Shown: positions 31,841 through 32,000 of the stretch, in pieces
How the letters are laid out: every line of letters starts with the position of its first letter
Position numbering within the stretch: position 1 is the first letter of the stretch
Source of the DNA: Candidatus Arthromitus sp. SFB-rat-Yit
GTDB taxonomy: Bacteria > Bacillota > Clostridia > Clostridiales > Clostridiaceae
Direction: 5' to 3'
DNA: 32,000 nt
Assembly (NCBI RefSeq): GCF_000283555.1
Contig: NC_016012.1
Span: 120,001-152,000, forward strand
Notes under the pieces: generated by a model
What the model saw: the letters and a program-made list of their open reading frames with translations, nothing else
What the model was told of the DNA's origin: nothing
Databases searched by the model: none
Program-made: the position numbers and the translations under genes

Positions 31841-32000
31841 TTACTTATTGAGTTTTTCAGCAAGTTCAATTGAATTGTTGAATAATTCGTTGATTTTATT
31901 ATCTTTAATTAATCTTGTGATCGTTTTATTTATTTCATTTACTAAATCTTTATTACCTTTTTTTATACCAACAGCAGATCCTTGAATTTTATTGTTTAAA
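31841..32000 (-). CDS. Extracellular amino-acid-binding protein (SBP family 3), partial, 5' end beyond the window
   Basis: Reverse-strand translation ends ...LNNKIQGSAVGIKKGNKDLVNEINKTITRLIKDNKINELFNNSIELAEKLNK*. Adjacent to the cognate permease and ATPase. Confidence 0.85.
   Translation of the reverse strand, partial: LNNKIQGSAVGIKKGNKDLVNEINKTITRLIKDNKINELFNNSIELAEKLNK

Overview
Low-GC Firmicutes/Clostridia-type chromosomal window. The rRNA sequences and gene style suggest a segmented filamentous bacterium (Candidatus Arthromitus/Savagella), but this is an inference. Housekeeping content: a CDF transporter, lysC-lysA, an M18 aminopeptidase, ispF, a pseudouridine synthase, YitT, one complete 16S-23S-5S rRNA operon with visible flanking processing stems, a CPBP-type membrane protein, a phosphodiesterase/PAP2 pair, and a polar amino-acid ABC transporter cut by the right edge. 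Main unusual observations: (1) an ArsC/Spx-family gene at 9756-10118, absent from the supplied ORF track, has an in-frame TGA exactly where the catalytic Cys should be. A SECIS-like hairpin follows immediately, making it a candidate selenoprotein. (2) Four divergent paralogs without obvious signal peptides (12462-16581) lie next to a MacA/MacB-like transporter set whose ATPase has degenerate Q-loop, signature and H-loop motifs. Further novel helical and membrane proteins follow. (3) A promoter-driven, three-hairpin, C-rich candidate small RNA or leader lies at about 28071-28180.
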